DNA from: Sphyrna mokarran
Taxonomy: Eukaryota
Reading direction: 5' to 3'
NCBI GenBank assembly: GCA_024679065.1
Contig: JAGIQG010000008.1
Coordinates: 96,782,001 to 96,846,000 of the forward strand
Length of the DNA: 64,000 nt
Positions 1 to 11,659 of this stretch are shown one piece after another. The translations under genes and the position numbers were made by a program. Position 1 is the first letter of the stretch. The number at the start of each line of letters is the position of its first letter. The notes beneath the pieces are model-generated. The model was given only the letters and a program-made list of their open reading frames with translations. It did no database searches and was not told the origin of the DNA.

Positions 1-1613
1 AGTCCAATGCATCTTTATCCACATGACTTATCTTAAGTGAGTTTCTCATTTTGCACGCCCTTGATGTTCCCAATAGCTGACTCCATGCTATTTCCCTTCA
101 GGATCTCCATCAGATGAGGACAGGCCATCTGGGCTCGCAACCCTCTGTCCGACCCACACCCCTCTGCCTCTCCCCTCATCCTTCTCTCCCCAAGAACCCC
201 AGAGAGAACATGAAATTCTTGGCACTGCTTTCACATGCACCATCCATCAGCATTGAGACACTCACCTCAGTGGGACAAGTTAGCAGTCAGGCTCCTGGGA
301 CACTCTCAGGTGAGCACCACACAGCTGCCATTGCACACTAAGTGGACATAGGAGCTTCCAAGTAGCTGGCATTCAGCGGTCTGCTGGTTCCCAGGAGCCA
401 GCTGCCTCCAAGGTAGATGTTGATCTACTATAAAATGTCTTTGAGGCACTGGTATAAATGTAGAAGCAATACCATGCTTTACAGGAGCAACCTTCCAAAA
501 AGTGCAAGGCAATTTGAAGGAGTCCAGAATCCTTCTCTCAAAGGAGATGTTGCTAGCAACCTGCAGTACCCAGACCAACACTGTGAGGGTGGCAACGCAG
601 TGGTCCGAGCCATGTCTGACAACTTCCAAAGCTTGGCACACTTGGATGTCCGTGACTGAGGCACAGGACAGAAAGGTTCCGTCACTCATGGACATATTGC
701 AGATGCAGCTGGACATTGCAGCAACGTTTCAGAGATTGGACAAGTCACACTTGCTGGGGGATATCGTCAGTATGTTCCAGACAATGGTGGGCCTCCATGA
801 CTGGCATTGCCAGTTGAATTTGAAGCTTCTGGAGCTCCCTCTGGCTGCCCCTCCATCCCATAGAGTGACTTGGGGGCCACAAAGCACCTCAAGGAACAAA
901 GACGTGCGGGAGCCCAAACTGGGGCTTTTCATTAGGAAGACTCTGTCAATCCCTAGCTCTACTGAATTCTGCTCTGCTGACACAAATCACGTCCAGGCAG
1001 CAGGCAGAATAGGATGACATGGTGACACATGAAAGTCAGCTGGGACTCTCATAGTCCAAAGGCATCACAGAACAGAGGGCATAAAGCAGCAGGTTGCTTC
1101 CATTTCTGATGTGCAATCTGGAGGAATACCTAGAAGATTAGGAAGACGCGGGACCATTGAGTTGGCATGGGTGCAGTCTCATGCCTTTAGTTAGGGAGGA
1201 TTGGACACAGAAAGTTAAATTTCACTTAAACCAGTGTTCACATTCAGACTGGGTTGCCTTTCACTGGTTCCAGCCTGCTAATGAAATGCAAATCATCAGA
1301 TTTGCATGATCATTGAGCTCCTGTCCGATCTGGGACCTCCATTCTGTAGGGTGTCTGGATTCCTATAACACTGAATGGGGCCAGTGAACCCCACCATAAA
1401 TTATAAAATTGCATTCAATTGCCTTTTTAACAAACTCAATAGCTCCCTAACTTTTTTTTCCCTCAGATAGCATTCACGCTTCTGATTTCAGTGCTCATTT
1501 GCCTCCCACATAATTGGAAACTGACACAACGACATTGGATTGCTGACCTAACATCATCATACCATATTTTACACAAGAACTGGGAGTACAGTTTTATGAC
1601 CGTAAAAACAGCC
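1..1613. mobile_element. Decayed Harbinger-like DNA transposon, right part
   Basis: Ends in cgtaaaaacagcc (reverse complement GGCTGTTTTTACG), resembling the TIR of the element at 19900-23293; GC-richer, broken coding-like interior. Confidence 0.35.
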
Positions 1614-1756
1614 ATAGAAAAATGGAATCTGAAAGCTATGTGTGGTTAAGAGGATCCTTGTTGTACAAGCTCGATGAGCTGAATGGCCTACTTTTGCATT
1701 GTAGGGATTTTATGATTCTACAAAAACAGGAACATATTTTAATGATTTACATTTAC

Positions 1757-1902
1757 CTCTAAACCTCCACTTTCATCCTGGAAAAGTAAAGTGAATGTTC
1801 CAAAATCAGAATGCTCTGCACATCGCGTCTGATGTCCTTTCACAGAGGATTTTATTATTGGTGGGTAGAATGCAGTTCTCAGGGTTGTAGGATTTTGATT
1901 AC
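1757..1902 (-). CDS. 2OG/Fe(II) dioxygenase exon 5 (HxD iron-binding motif)
   Basis: Acceptor tttctcaaag; (S)NQNPTTLRTAFYPPIIKSSVKGHQTRCAEHSDFGTFTLLFQDESGGLE; donor GAG|GTAAAT. HSD...TLLFQD..GGLE is the 2OG-FeII_Oxy core. Later exons were not found in the window. Confidence 0.92.
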
Positions 1903-2278
1903 CTTTGAGAAATTACACAATAGGTTATAAGGTAGAAATTATTAATCATGCTGAAAGGCAAAGTTATATTTTAAAAAACTGTTTTCCACCAGCAAAATCT
2001 AAAACAGGTGATATTTGTCACTCTTCTACTTCCTGCTGAATTTTTGACATATAATTTACACTATCTCTTTTCACCAATTTTCTCTCTATTCCTAGTGCTT
2101 CCCATATCTTTTGAAGCTGTTGATTCCTTATCTAGTTGGTGTCAGATATATTCATATGTGTTGATTGAGTGGTTACTGTTCATGTGTACTTGTGTCAGCC
2201 ATGACTGTGAAAGCTTGCAGGATACTTAACTATAGAGGAAATCACAGTAGATTTTACGATTGTCAAACATGTACTTAC

Positions 2279-2432
2279 TGCCTATCTTTTTGTGCTTGTT
2301 GATAAAGAAATCAGATTCCAGGCCCAGGCCCATTGTAATCACTTTCAGAATTCGAATGGACAGCTGCTGGCAGGATTTGTAGAATGATTCCATACATTTT
2401 GTAAACTCAGGAGCATGTTTGATAGGCCAGTT
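2279..2432 (-). CDS. 2OG/Fe(II) dioxygenase exon 4
   Basis: Acceptor ttttttcatttatattag; NWPIKHAPEFTKCMESFYKSCQQLSIRILKVITMGLGLESDFFINKHKKIG; donor A|GTAAGT, phase 1. Confidence 0.9.
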
Positions 2433-3812
2433 CTAATATAAATGAAAAAAGGGACCTTTTCATTCAAATTGTCTTCACTGAAACAAAAAAGCTGAAGAAA
2501 TATATCTTGCACAATCCATCTGAGCCACTTCACTTGTGTTAAAAATGTTTTTCCTCACACCATTTTTTTTTGCCAATCGTCTTAAATTGCTGTTCTCTGA
2601 TTTTCAATCCTTCGGCTAATGGGGACTATTTCTCTCTAACCACTTTGACTAGATTAGATTATTTATGATTTTGAACACCTTTTTTTCTCGAAACAGAAAA
2701 ACCTCAATTTCTTCAAACTACCAATGTAACTGAATTAGCTTATCTCAGGAACCATTTCTCATAAATCTTTTGTGTGATTCAACAATCCATATCCAACCTA
2801 ATGTGTAGTATTCAGAATTGGATACATTACTCCAATTGAGGTTAAACCAGTCTCTTCTAAAGTTAATTATATCTTTGTTGTTTTTGAACTCTGTTGTTTT
2901 TGTGAATTCCAGGATCCTTAATGTCTTTTCAACACTTTCTCAACCCTCCTGCCATTTCAACGATATGTGCACAAACACTTGCAGGTTTCCGTTTTTGCAC
3001 CTCTCTTAAAATTGTGTTTTTTATTTCATTTTGCTTCTCCTCATTCTTTCTGCCAAAATGTTTCACTGCACTCATCCCTGCATCAAAACATCATTTCCAA
3101 TGTGTTTTCCCATTCACAACTTGTATATGTCCTCTTGAAATCCATTTGTGAATTTTCTTTACTGTTCAGTGTTACAGAAACTGCACTACATTGTGTTGGG
3201 TTCCAACCTTTGCTAATGACTCCATTATGTTACCGCAGAGCATTGTTAAAGGAAGGTTGGGAGGGAAGGAGGTGTGACATCTGGAACATGTCCAGATCAA
3301 CTCTGCCCAACAAATATTTTTCATGGCTGGTACATCCTGGAATCATTAAGGAAGTTATTGTTCTTTGTGTACTTCTGACTTTTCAGCCAAATAATCGACC
3401 TGTGCCAAACCATGTAAGAGATTGCTTTTACCCTTTTTAAATGTGGTTAGTTAGCAGCTTACACTCCCACCATTGACTTCCTTGAGTGATGACTATTAAT
3501 CTTTTCTGCAGAGCCTCTGGAATACTGAGCTAATAGAAGCTTAATATAAACTGAAGGTAAATGTCATCAAAGGTAACAGTATTTAATGGTTTCAGGCTAA
3601 GGAAATAATAGATTATTTCAAAATAAGCCGGGAAAGTTGGGTTTGGTTTCACTGCTAATAAAACCTGAGACCTCCTGAAGCCTTCACATCATTGTCTGTG
3701 CCATCGGTAAGAATCTCCTATAAATCTGTACGAGGAATAAACTGCATCTACAAATCTCATTCCTGTCAAAGGTATAACAGAAAAAAAATCAATTTATGTT
3801 TAGAGATCTTAC

Positions 3813-3879
3813 ATCACTTGTAGATATTGCTGTTAGATTAAAGACTTCCTTCAGGTCTCCAGAATATGTTGAATTTAAG
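3813..3879 (-). CDS. 2OG/Fe(II) dioxygenase exon 3
   Basis: Acceptor ccttcacag; (I)LNSTYSGDLKEVFNLTAISTSD; donor GTAAG; 67 nt converts phase 2 to phase 0; DLKExFN motif. Confidence 0.9.
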
Positions 3880-4070
3880 CTGTGAAGGACAGAACCATTC
3901 ACTTATTAAACAGAATCATGCAGAATTACTATTGAGTTCATTTCAAGTCTACTTCTTTCATGACAAAATTTAAACCCATCAATAAACTATTCAATTTAAA
4001 GTAATTCACTGAGGGAACAGTTCTGCATTAATATCGCTTGGCTTCATTGTTAAAAAAACCTAAAGTTTAT

Positions 4071-5195
4071 GAGGGCAATTCTCCCAGCCTGCTGCGAATT
4101 CTAGCAGCACAGTGAGCAGGAAACATCAGTGGAGGACGTTTTAAGGACTTATCACTGGACATCCAAGCCTCTGTGCATCTCCGTGGCAAAGCTTTTTAGA
4201 GTATTCAACCCAGTGTTAGAAATCGGCTTGGAGCTGATTTCAAAATTGAAATCTCCATTTACATTTCATTAGCGGGCCCCAGGACTGAAGTCTCTGGGCC
4301 CACTAGTGTTCACCATCCCCACTTTAGCCCTACTAGAAGTGGTTCTCTTCAGTGGGATTTACTACTACTCTCAATTGACAGGGAACAAGTGGCCGATCCC
4401 ACTGGAGGGGCAGAGGCCATGGAAGCCTCTTCAGGAGGTCAGGGGTAAGGGGTGGTGCCCGCTGGGTAGTGCCAGCCTGGCACTGCCAGCCTGACCCTCT
4501 GGTACAGCCCAAGGGGCATTGGCCAAAGGAGATCTTGGCAGTGCCAGCCTGACCCTCTGGCACTACCCAAGGGCATTAGCCAAAGGACATCTTGGCACTG
4601 CCCACTGGGCATTGGGCAGTGCCAAAGAGGTGGGAACAGACCGGGCAGGGCCTATAGGTGGGAGATCATTGTGGGATCCTGCTGCCATTGTGGGGATCTG
4701 TGTCAGAGGGAAGGAGAAGGCTGGTTATCCAGGTAGGGAGTGGTCAGGACTGCAGCGGGGTGGGGGGAGGGTGTGGGGGTAGAGGGGGGGTTGCTGGTGA
4801 CGGAGTGATTGGGACAATTGAGGCTAATCTGGGTGCAGGGGATCATTGAGGTTGGCTTGAAGAGGTCGTGGAGACAAGCAATCAGTGGATTGGTAGGCCG
4901 GTGATGGGAGGTCATGGTGCTAGCCAGTGATCTGGAGGCCGACACTGTAAGACTACTGCGCATGCACCGATCTTTTCTCTGACAGATCAGCACATGTGTA
5001 ATAGCCCGCTCAGTGCTATGCTGTTACCCTGTCTGGGAGGAATAATGATTTTCAGAGGGAATTCCACTAGGGCACTCTGCAATGTTTAGAGTGTTGGAGA
5101 TTCAATCTGAAAATCCTGCTAAAAAAACCAGCAGGAGTCACTCCCACTTTTACGCAAATAGGGTACTTAGAATTTTCTTGGCAGAATCCCAGCCC
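4071..5195. mobile_element. Non-autonomous DNA transposon (GGCAGTGCC-rich family), in a dioxygenase intron
   Basis: Ends gagggcaattctccc and gcagaatcccagccc; internal repeated ggcagtgcc/ggcactgcc; resembles the reverse complement of 13668-14720 and 23866-25226. Confidence 0.65.
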
Positions 5196-5315
5196 ATATG
5201 ATGACAAAGTAATCTTCTATTCAACTTCTATTCAAGACTCTTTATTTTAAGATTGTGCGCTTGAGATTGATGCATCTATGGGTTGCACTGGATGAAGCTT
5301 TTCAGGGAACCTTAC

Positions 5316-5434
5316 ATTTCTGTTTCAATCCACCCTTGGCTTGGAATGTCAGAGTCTGTTCGACGGGCATACTGTTGTTTAATGTTCCTTGGAAGCTGAA
5401 AGAATCTCTTGCTGATGTCCATCACTTTAAATAC
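5316..5434 (-). CDS. 2OG/Fe(II) dioxygenase exon 2
   Basis: Acceptor ctcctcag; VFKVMDISKRFFQLPRNIKQQYARRTDSDIPSQGWIETE; donor AT|GTAAG, phase 2. FFxLP and GW motifs are typical of the family. Confidence 0.85.
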
Positions 5435-6232
5435 CTGAGGAGCAATTGTTTGGAATTGTATAAAATATGTGCTCTATCTTTCATGCAGGCTGCGATTTCA
5501 CAGCATTATTAAACTTTACCATTTGCACTTACATAAACACAAAACCCTGATTACTTTATTATCTCCTTCAGCTCACCTTTTTCTGCTCTGTGATTTTATT
5601 TGGTTTTCTTGTGTGTTTTTAGTTTTCCAGCTGTTTTAATACTCGCCATCACTGCCTTAAATTTTCATCTTCTCTGCTTTTAGGCAAAAGCAAGATCCAT
5701 CAAGAATAGAAAAAGGGAAATTGAAGCATATAAAAAAAATCCTTTAGTTGCTCTAGATAGCATAACAATGTTGAAAATGAGTTTGTGAAATATTTCTTCT
5801 CTCAATGTTTCCAGCGAGTTAGGAATTGTTTAGAATTTTATTAAATTACAAAGGCAGTTCAGCGACTGTCGAAATTGAAAAAAAGAGTGACACAACAAGT
5901 TGAAGGCTTAATTTAATACTTGGGAATGCCCCTCAAATCCAGCGCACCTTGTAGGCCGCACCACCATTGATTCTGTGCCAGAAGAAGATTATTATCTGAT
6001 GCTGCTGAGCTGCAACTGATGAATTAACTTGATTCCTCAACCTACGTCCATCTAATTGGTCATCTTTTCCTCACAAGAAAGCTGGGACAAAGTTACATTG
6101 CTTATTTGAACCTGAAAAAACAATCAAAATCTTTTACAGGCTCAGGCCTTTCTGCTAACACAGCAATGAACCTTCACACCATCAGACCATTCAATCATTT
6201 ATTTTATCAATAATTGAAGGTTTTGTATTTAA

Positions 6233-6877
6233 CATGGTTAACAAAATGATTCACAATCCATAACACTTCAAATGCATCACTTAACCAAGTCACATACACA
6301 AATATCACATATATAAAGTGCCACAATTTCATCAGATTGACTCAAATATTTACATTAAAAACATCACAAATTAACTCAGCTAAGATACATCAACATAAAA
6401 GCTGTGTGGATTTGCCTCATTAATCAGATTTCAGTTCACAATGCAGGCCACTGAAGCTATGTCCCTTTTCACATGGAAAGGCGCAGCAACATGAGAGGGA
6501 GAATAGATATAGACAGTAGTCAAGGTGGTCTGTACTTTTACTGAAAACCTCCATTTGAAAAACTGCATTCACAGTCATTTCAGTTTCTTTTCAGTACACA
6601 AGCCTATTAGAGAAATATGAGTCAAATTCACTTGATATCTACTCCTGCTTGTTCTTGTTTCTCTTTACCTGCATTTTTATAAGACCTTTCTACCAATAAA
6701 TCCACACAGCTTTTATATTAATATTTCTTAGCTGAGCTATTTTTTGATGCTTTTATGTAAATATTTGAGTCAATCTGATGAAATTGTGAAATATATATAT
6801 GTGGCCTTTGTGTGTGTGATTTGGTTAAATGTTGCATTTGAGGCATGATGGAATGTGTGTCATTACGGTTCACCATG
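6233..6877. repeat. Imperfect inverted repeat, arms ~6233-6413 and ~6698-6877
   Basis: Includes a perfect 34-bp complement (6322-6355 cacaatttcatcagattgactcaaatatttacat vs 6755-6788) and matching ends (ataaaagctgtgtggattt / aaatccacacagcttttat). Confidence 0.9.
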
Positions 6878-7231
6878 CTAACTACAAAATCTTTCATTAT
6901 AATCACTGAAGCAGATTCACAGATCAACTTAGTGAACATAACATGCAGGATTTTATGACCTCGCTCAAGCGAGACCGGAAATTCCTGCCCAAGGTCCACT
7001 GAAATTTCTATTGTCGGACCCTCGCCTACTCCGATTCCATGGTGGGCAAGGTGGTAGTGTTCTGGCAAATATTAATGTGGCATAATTCAAAATATTAATC
7101 ACTCTGCATTTTGATACAGGCGCTACATAATAGAACAAGAATACTCACCTTATTTCAGTTTGCATGCACATTAGAATACCATTAGGAATCACGATAAAAA
7201 CATATAATGAGAAAATAAAATGGATACATAC

Positions 7232-7384
7232 ATTTTCATCTTCAATCCCAGTGTTTTTGAGATATACAAAACCAATATCACGGAAGGCCCTTATGACCTC
7301 TGTGGATAATCGTTTCATTTCGATGGCTGATGGCTCAGTTTTTCCCAAACTAAATGAGCCAAAATCAACCACTTCAATGCTCAT
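7232..7384 (-). CDS. 2OG/Fe(II) dioxygenase (IPNS-like, DIOX_N domain), coding exon 1
   Basis: ATG at 7384; MSIEVVDFGSFSLGKTEPSAIEMKRLSTEVIRAFRDIGFVYLKNTGIEDEN has the DIOX_N pattern (VVDF...AFxxIGFVYLKNTGI); ends at donor GTATGT, phase 0. Confidence 0.9.
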
Positions 7385-7547
7385 CTTGTTCTAAGGATTC
7401 TGTCTTCTTCTGAGCTTTTAATAAATAAAAGTAGAATAAAATGATTTAAATAGAATTGGCTAAAAGTGAAAATTGAACTAAATTTGTTTAGGTTAATAAT
7501 TGAATTAACTCTAAATTCAACCAGACTTATAATAAATTTTTTTTTTT

Positions 7548-10500
7548 AAAGAGCAACACAGCACGGGAAACAGGCCCTTCGGCCCAACGAGCCCGCGCTG
7601 CCGTCATAATTATATAGTAGCAAATCCATTATCCTATTTTGTTATTCCTATATAATAATATATATATTATTCCTAATATGGAAAATTCTCACTATAGGGA
7701 CAATTTGTTTCCCAATCAGCCGAAGAGCGAATTTTTGGGTTGTGGGAGGAAACCGGAGTGCCCGGAGAAAACCCACGCAACCCCGGGGAGAACGCGCAAA
7801 CTCCCGCAGACACCGGCCCAATTCCAAGTGTCTGCACAGCCACATCGATAGTCTCTGAGCTGTCATGGTGTCCTTCAGATGGTCCACATAAAGCACTCAT
7901 TTACGACATGAAGTACCAGGCAACCCATGAATCAACATCCAAGAGCTGTCCTTGCACCACCTGCCGAATGCATGCTCCTTGATGGTCAAGTATGGACCGA
8001 ATTACCTGTGGAAAAAAAAGCCATAGTTAAACAGTCCTACTATATCCCTCAATCTGCATACCGCTCATGTGGCTGTCCAAGAGACCCTTAAACAGCCCTA
8101 GCGTGCCTGCTCCCACCACCTTACTCGGCAGTGCATTCCACACCCCCACTACCCTTTGTGTGAAAAACTGCCCTCTAATATTCGTCCTATACATAGACCC
8201 CCTCACCCTATGGCCATGACCCCTCGTCCTATCCATTTCTAAAGGCGGAAAAAGTTTACCTCCATTTACTCTATCTATACCCCTTATAATCTTATACACC
8301 TCTCTGAGATCCCCTCTAAGCCGACGTCTTTCAAGGGAAAACAACCCCAGTCTATCTAATCGTTCCTCATAAGACAGTCCTTCCATACCAGGCAGCATCC
8401 TGGTAAACCTCCTCTGCACTGTCTCCAAGGACTCCACATCCTTCCAATAGTACGGCAACCAGAACTGGGCGCAGTATTCCAAGTGAGGCCTAACCAAAGT
8501 TCTATACAACTGCAACATCAAACTCCTACTCTTGTATTCTATACCCTTTTCTATGAAAGCTAACATACTATACGCTTTCTTTATCACCTTCTCCACCTGT
8601 GAAGACACCTTCAGAGACTTGTGAACCTGCACTCCCAAGTCTCTCTGCGTCTCTATACTCCGAATAGTTTTACCTTTTATCCTATAACTCTTCTACATTT
8701 TTCCGGCCAAAATGCATCACCTCGCATTTATCCGGATTAAATTCCATTTGCCATCTATCTGCCCAGTCTACCAACCTGTCTATGTCCTGTTGTATTGCCT
8801 GACACTGCTCTTCTGTACCCGCCAATCCAAACATCTTGGTGTCATCAGCAAATTTGCTGATCTCACCACCTACCCCTACTTCCAAGTCGTTTATGTAGAC
8901 CACAAATAGAAGAGGACCTAGTACTGAGCCTTGTGGCACTCCACTAGTGACAGGCTTCCAGCGGGAAAAAGAGCCTTCCACTACTACCCTCTGTCTCCTC
9001 CTCCCGAGCCAGTTCTCGACCCATCTACATACCCGACCCTGTATCCCATGCGCCTTCACCTTCTCTCTCAGTCTACCATGAGGAACCTTGTCAAACGCCT
9101 TACTGAAATCCATGTAGACGACATCAACGGCTTGTCCTTCATCAACTGTTTTTGTCACCTCTTCAAAAAATTCCACTAGATTCGTAAGGCACGACCTCCC
9201 CTTAACGAAGCCATGCTGCGTATCCCTGATCAGATCGCAGCGCTCCAGATGCTCATACATCCTGTCCCTAAGGATCCTCTCCATTAGCTTACATATAACT
9301 GAAGTCAAGCTCACCGGCCTATAGTTCCCTGGGTGATCCCTCTGACCTTTTTTAAACAACGGTACTACGTTTGCTATCCTCCAGTCCTCTGGGACCTCAC
9401 CTGTGTCCAAGGAAGAGACAAAGATTTGCGTCAGAGGCCCAGCCAAGTCTTCCCTCAACGCCCTTAGCAGCCTGGGGTAAATGCCATCAGGCCCCGGAGC
9501 TTTATATGTCTTTAAGCTGCCTAACAGCCCCAACACCTCTTTCCTCGTAATCCTTATTTCCCTCAACCGATCCTCAACTTTGTCAACATCAGCACAGACA
9601 TCTGTCCAGTCTCCTGCGTGAATACCGACGCAAAGTATTCATTCAGGATCTCCCCCATTCCCTCAGGCTCTAAGCATAGATCCCTTCCTCTGTCCCTAAG
9701 AGGTCCAATCTTGCCTCTAACCATCCTTTTGCTCCTTACATAGGTGTAAAATGCCTTTGGATTTTCCTTAATCCTACCTGCCAGAGCCACCTCGTGGCCC
9801 CCTTTTGCCTTTCTAATACCCCTTTTAAGCTCCCATCTACACTCTCTATAAGCTTCCAGCGCTGTCTCAGTCCCTAGTTGCCTAGTTCTAATGTAAGCCT
9901 CTCGCTTCTTCCTGATCAAGTCCTCAATCTCCCTGGTAAGCCACGGTTCTCTAATCCTACCTTTCCCATCCTTTCTCCTTGCCGGCACATATCTTTCCTG
10001 CAGAGAGTTTAGTTTTCCCTTGAAAGACTCCCACATGTACCTCGTCGACCTGCCCTCAAAAAGCTTATCCCAGTCGGTATCTTTAAGATCTTGCCTAACC
10101 TGGCAGTATCTAGCCCTCCCCCAGTTAAATACCCTCCCTTTTGGGCCAGTCTCATCCTTTTCCATTAATATCCTAAAGCAGACAGAGTTGTGATCACTAT
10201 TTGACACCTGCTCTCCTACCTTGACGTCAACCACCTGGCCTGGCTCATTTCCCAGAACCAAATCCAGTATAGCCCCATCTCTAGTCGGGCCATCCACATT
10301 CTGCTCCAAGGACCCTTCCAAAACACACTGTACAAATTCCTCCCCGTCCACTCCTACAGCTCTGGGCACTCTCCAATCTACTCCAGGAAAATTGAAATCT
10401 CCCAATACTACTACCCTATTTTTCCTACACTTATCTAAAATGTCCCTGCATATCCCTTCTTCCACGGCCCGCGGGCTGTTGGGCGGTCTGTAGTAAACAC

Positions 10501-10828
10501 CCAACAGAGTAATCACTCCCTTCCTATTCCTCAACTCCACCCATAGAGACTCAATTCCTAAATCATCCATACCTCCCTCCCTCTGCACTGCTATGACGTT
10601 GTCCTTAACTAATAAAGCCACTCCCCCGCTCTCCTCACACCAACTCTGTCACGCCTAAAACACTTATACCCTGGAATATTCAATTGCCAGTCTTGCCCCT
10701 CCTTCAACCACGTCTCGGTCACCGCCACCACATCTAAACTCCTCGTGAACATTATTGCCTTCAGTTCATCTGTTTTTCCAGTCACACTCCTCGCATTAAA
10801 ACACATGCACTGAAGACCCTCAGCTCTC
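7548..10828 (-). mobile_element. CR1 LINE, near-complete ORF2 (APE endonuclease + RT) with a long 3' UTR containing a V-SINE
   Basis: ORF pieces 10609-10806, 9563-10621 (GDFN, SDH), 8682-9566 ([24 protein letters not shown]) and 8027-8638; three frameshifts; 3' tail gggccgaagggcctgtttc...tgctgt. Confidence 0.95.
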
Positions 10829-11659
10829 GGATATTGTTATTATAATAACAATTATAATATAATATAATAATAATAACAATAAATTGTTATTAAGTAGTAT
10901 GTGTGAGAAATTGGGCTCAGTACTATTTCTTTGTCGGGAAGTGTGAATGGCCTTGGAGATCGAAAATGATTTCTGTAACATGAATATTTACGTATGCCGT
11001 AAAACGCATGGAACATCATATTAGCGTAATTGATGGCATGTTGGCCTCTAAACTTCTTATCAGAGGTATGGAAAGCTGGAAGGTCATAACATCAATCAAC
11101 AGATAAAACTGACTCGACCCCTCTGCTCCCAACAAACACTCTCTCTTAACCTTACATACTGCTCATGTTCAGGAGCAGGAAGAATCCTTTATCAATGTTA
11201 TTTAAAATGATCAGTTACTCGTTGGTTAATAGCTGGTTGATTGCATCTGTTTATTGATAATTCTACAAATGTTTGGTGTGTTCCGCTGTTGTTTGGAGAT
11301 GCAAGAAGGTCCAGTGGGAGCAGTATGAGAGACCTTGAGAGGCATTTAGCTGACTTCAATATTTCTGCACAATCTAGCTATCATCAGACAAGGAGAATTA
11401 CTCAGCATTCTCCTTAGAATACAGGATGACTTAGAGAATGAACACATGCAATGCAGAACTGGACAAGCTTCTGGAAGAGGTTGGTGGAGGAGGATGTGGT
11501 AAGGATTGCAAACAGGAAACCATTTTTGCTGAGAGGTGTTGAGGAGCAATTCTATGACCTGACTCTCAATGAAGAACAATGGCTGGAATTCCCCATTCCA
11601 CCCCCCCCCCCGACCCTTTTCCCATTGGTGGGGCCAGAGAGCCATTGAAATCTCTGTTC

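Noticed and set aside
3665-3762. Minus-strand acceptor tttgacag with a short open frame
   Set aside because: All three frames hit stops or lack similarity; exons 3 and 4 join directly.
5577-5680. Minus-strand GTGAG donor suggesting an extra dioxygenase exon
   Set aside because: Stops in the frames checked and no family motif; exons 1 and 2 join in frame without it.
7648-7896. Apparent conserved ORF3 (MTAQRLS...) in both chimeric CR1 UTRs (also 61613-61837)
   Set aside because: Codon-by-codon comparison shows mostly non-synonymous changes and divergent ends; the similarity is explained by the shared V-SINE DNA.
11345-11648. Coding-looking purine-rich stretch
   Set aside because: No recognisable domain or splice frame; probably an old repeat fragment.
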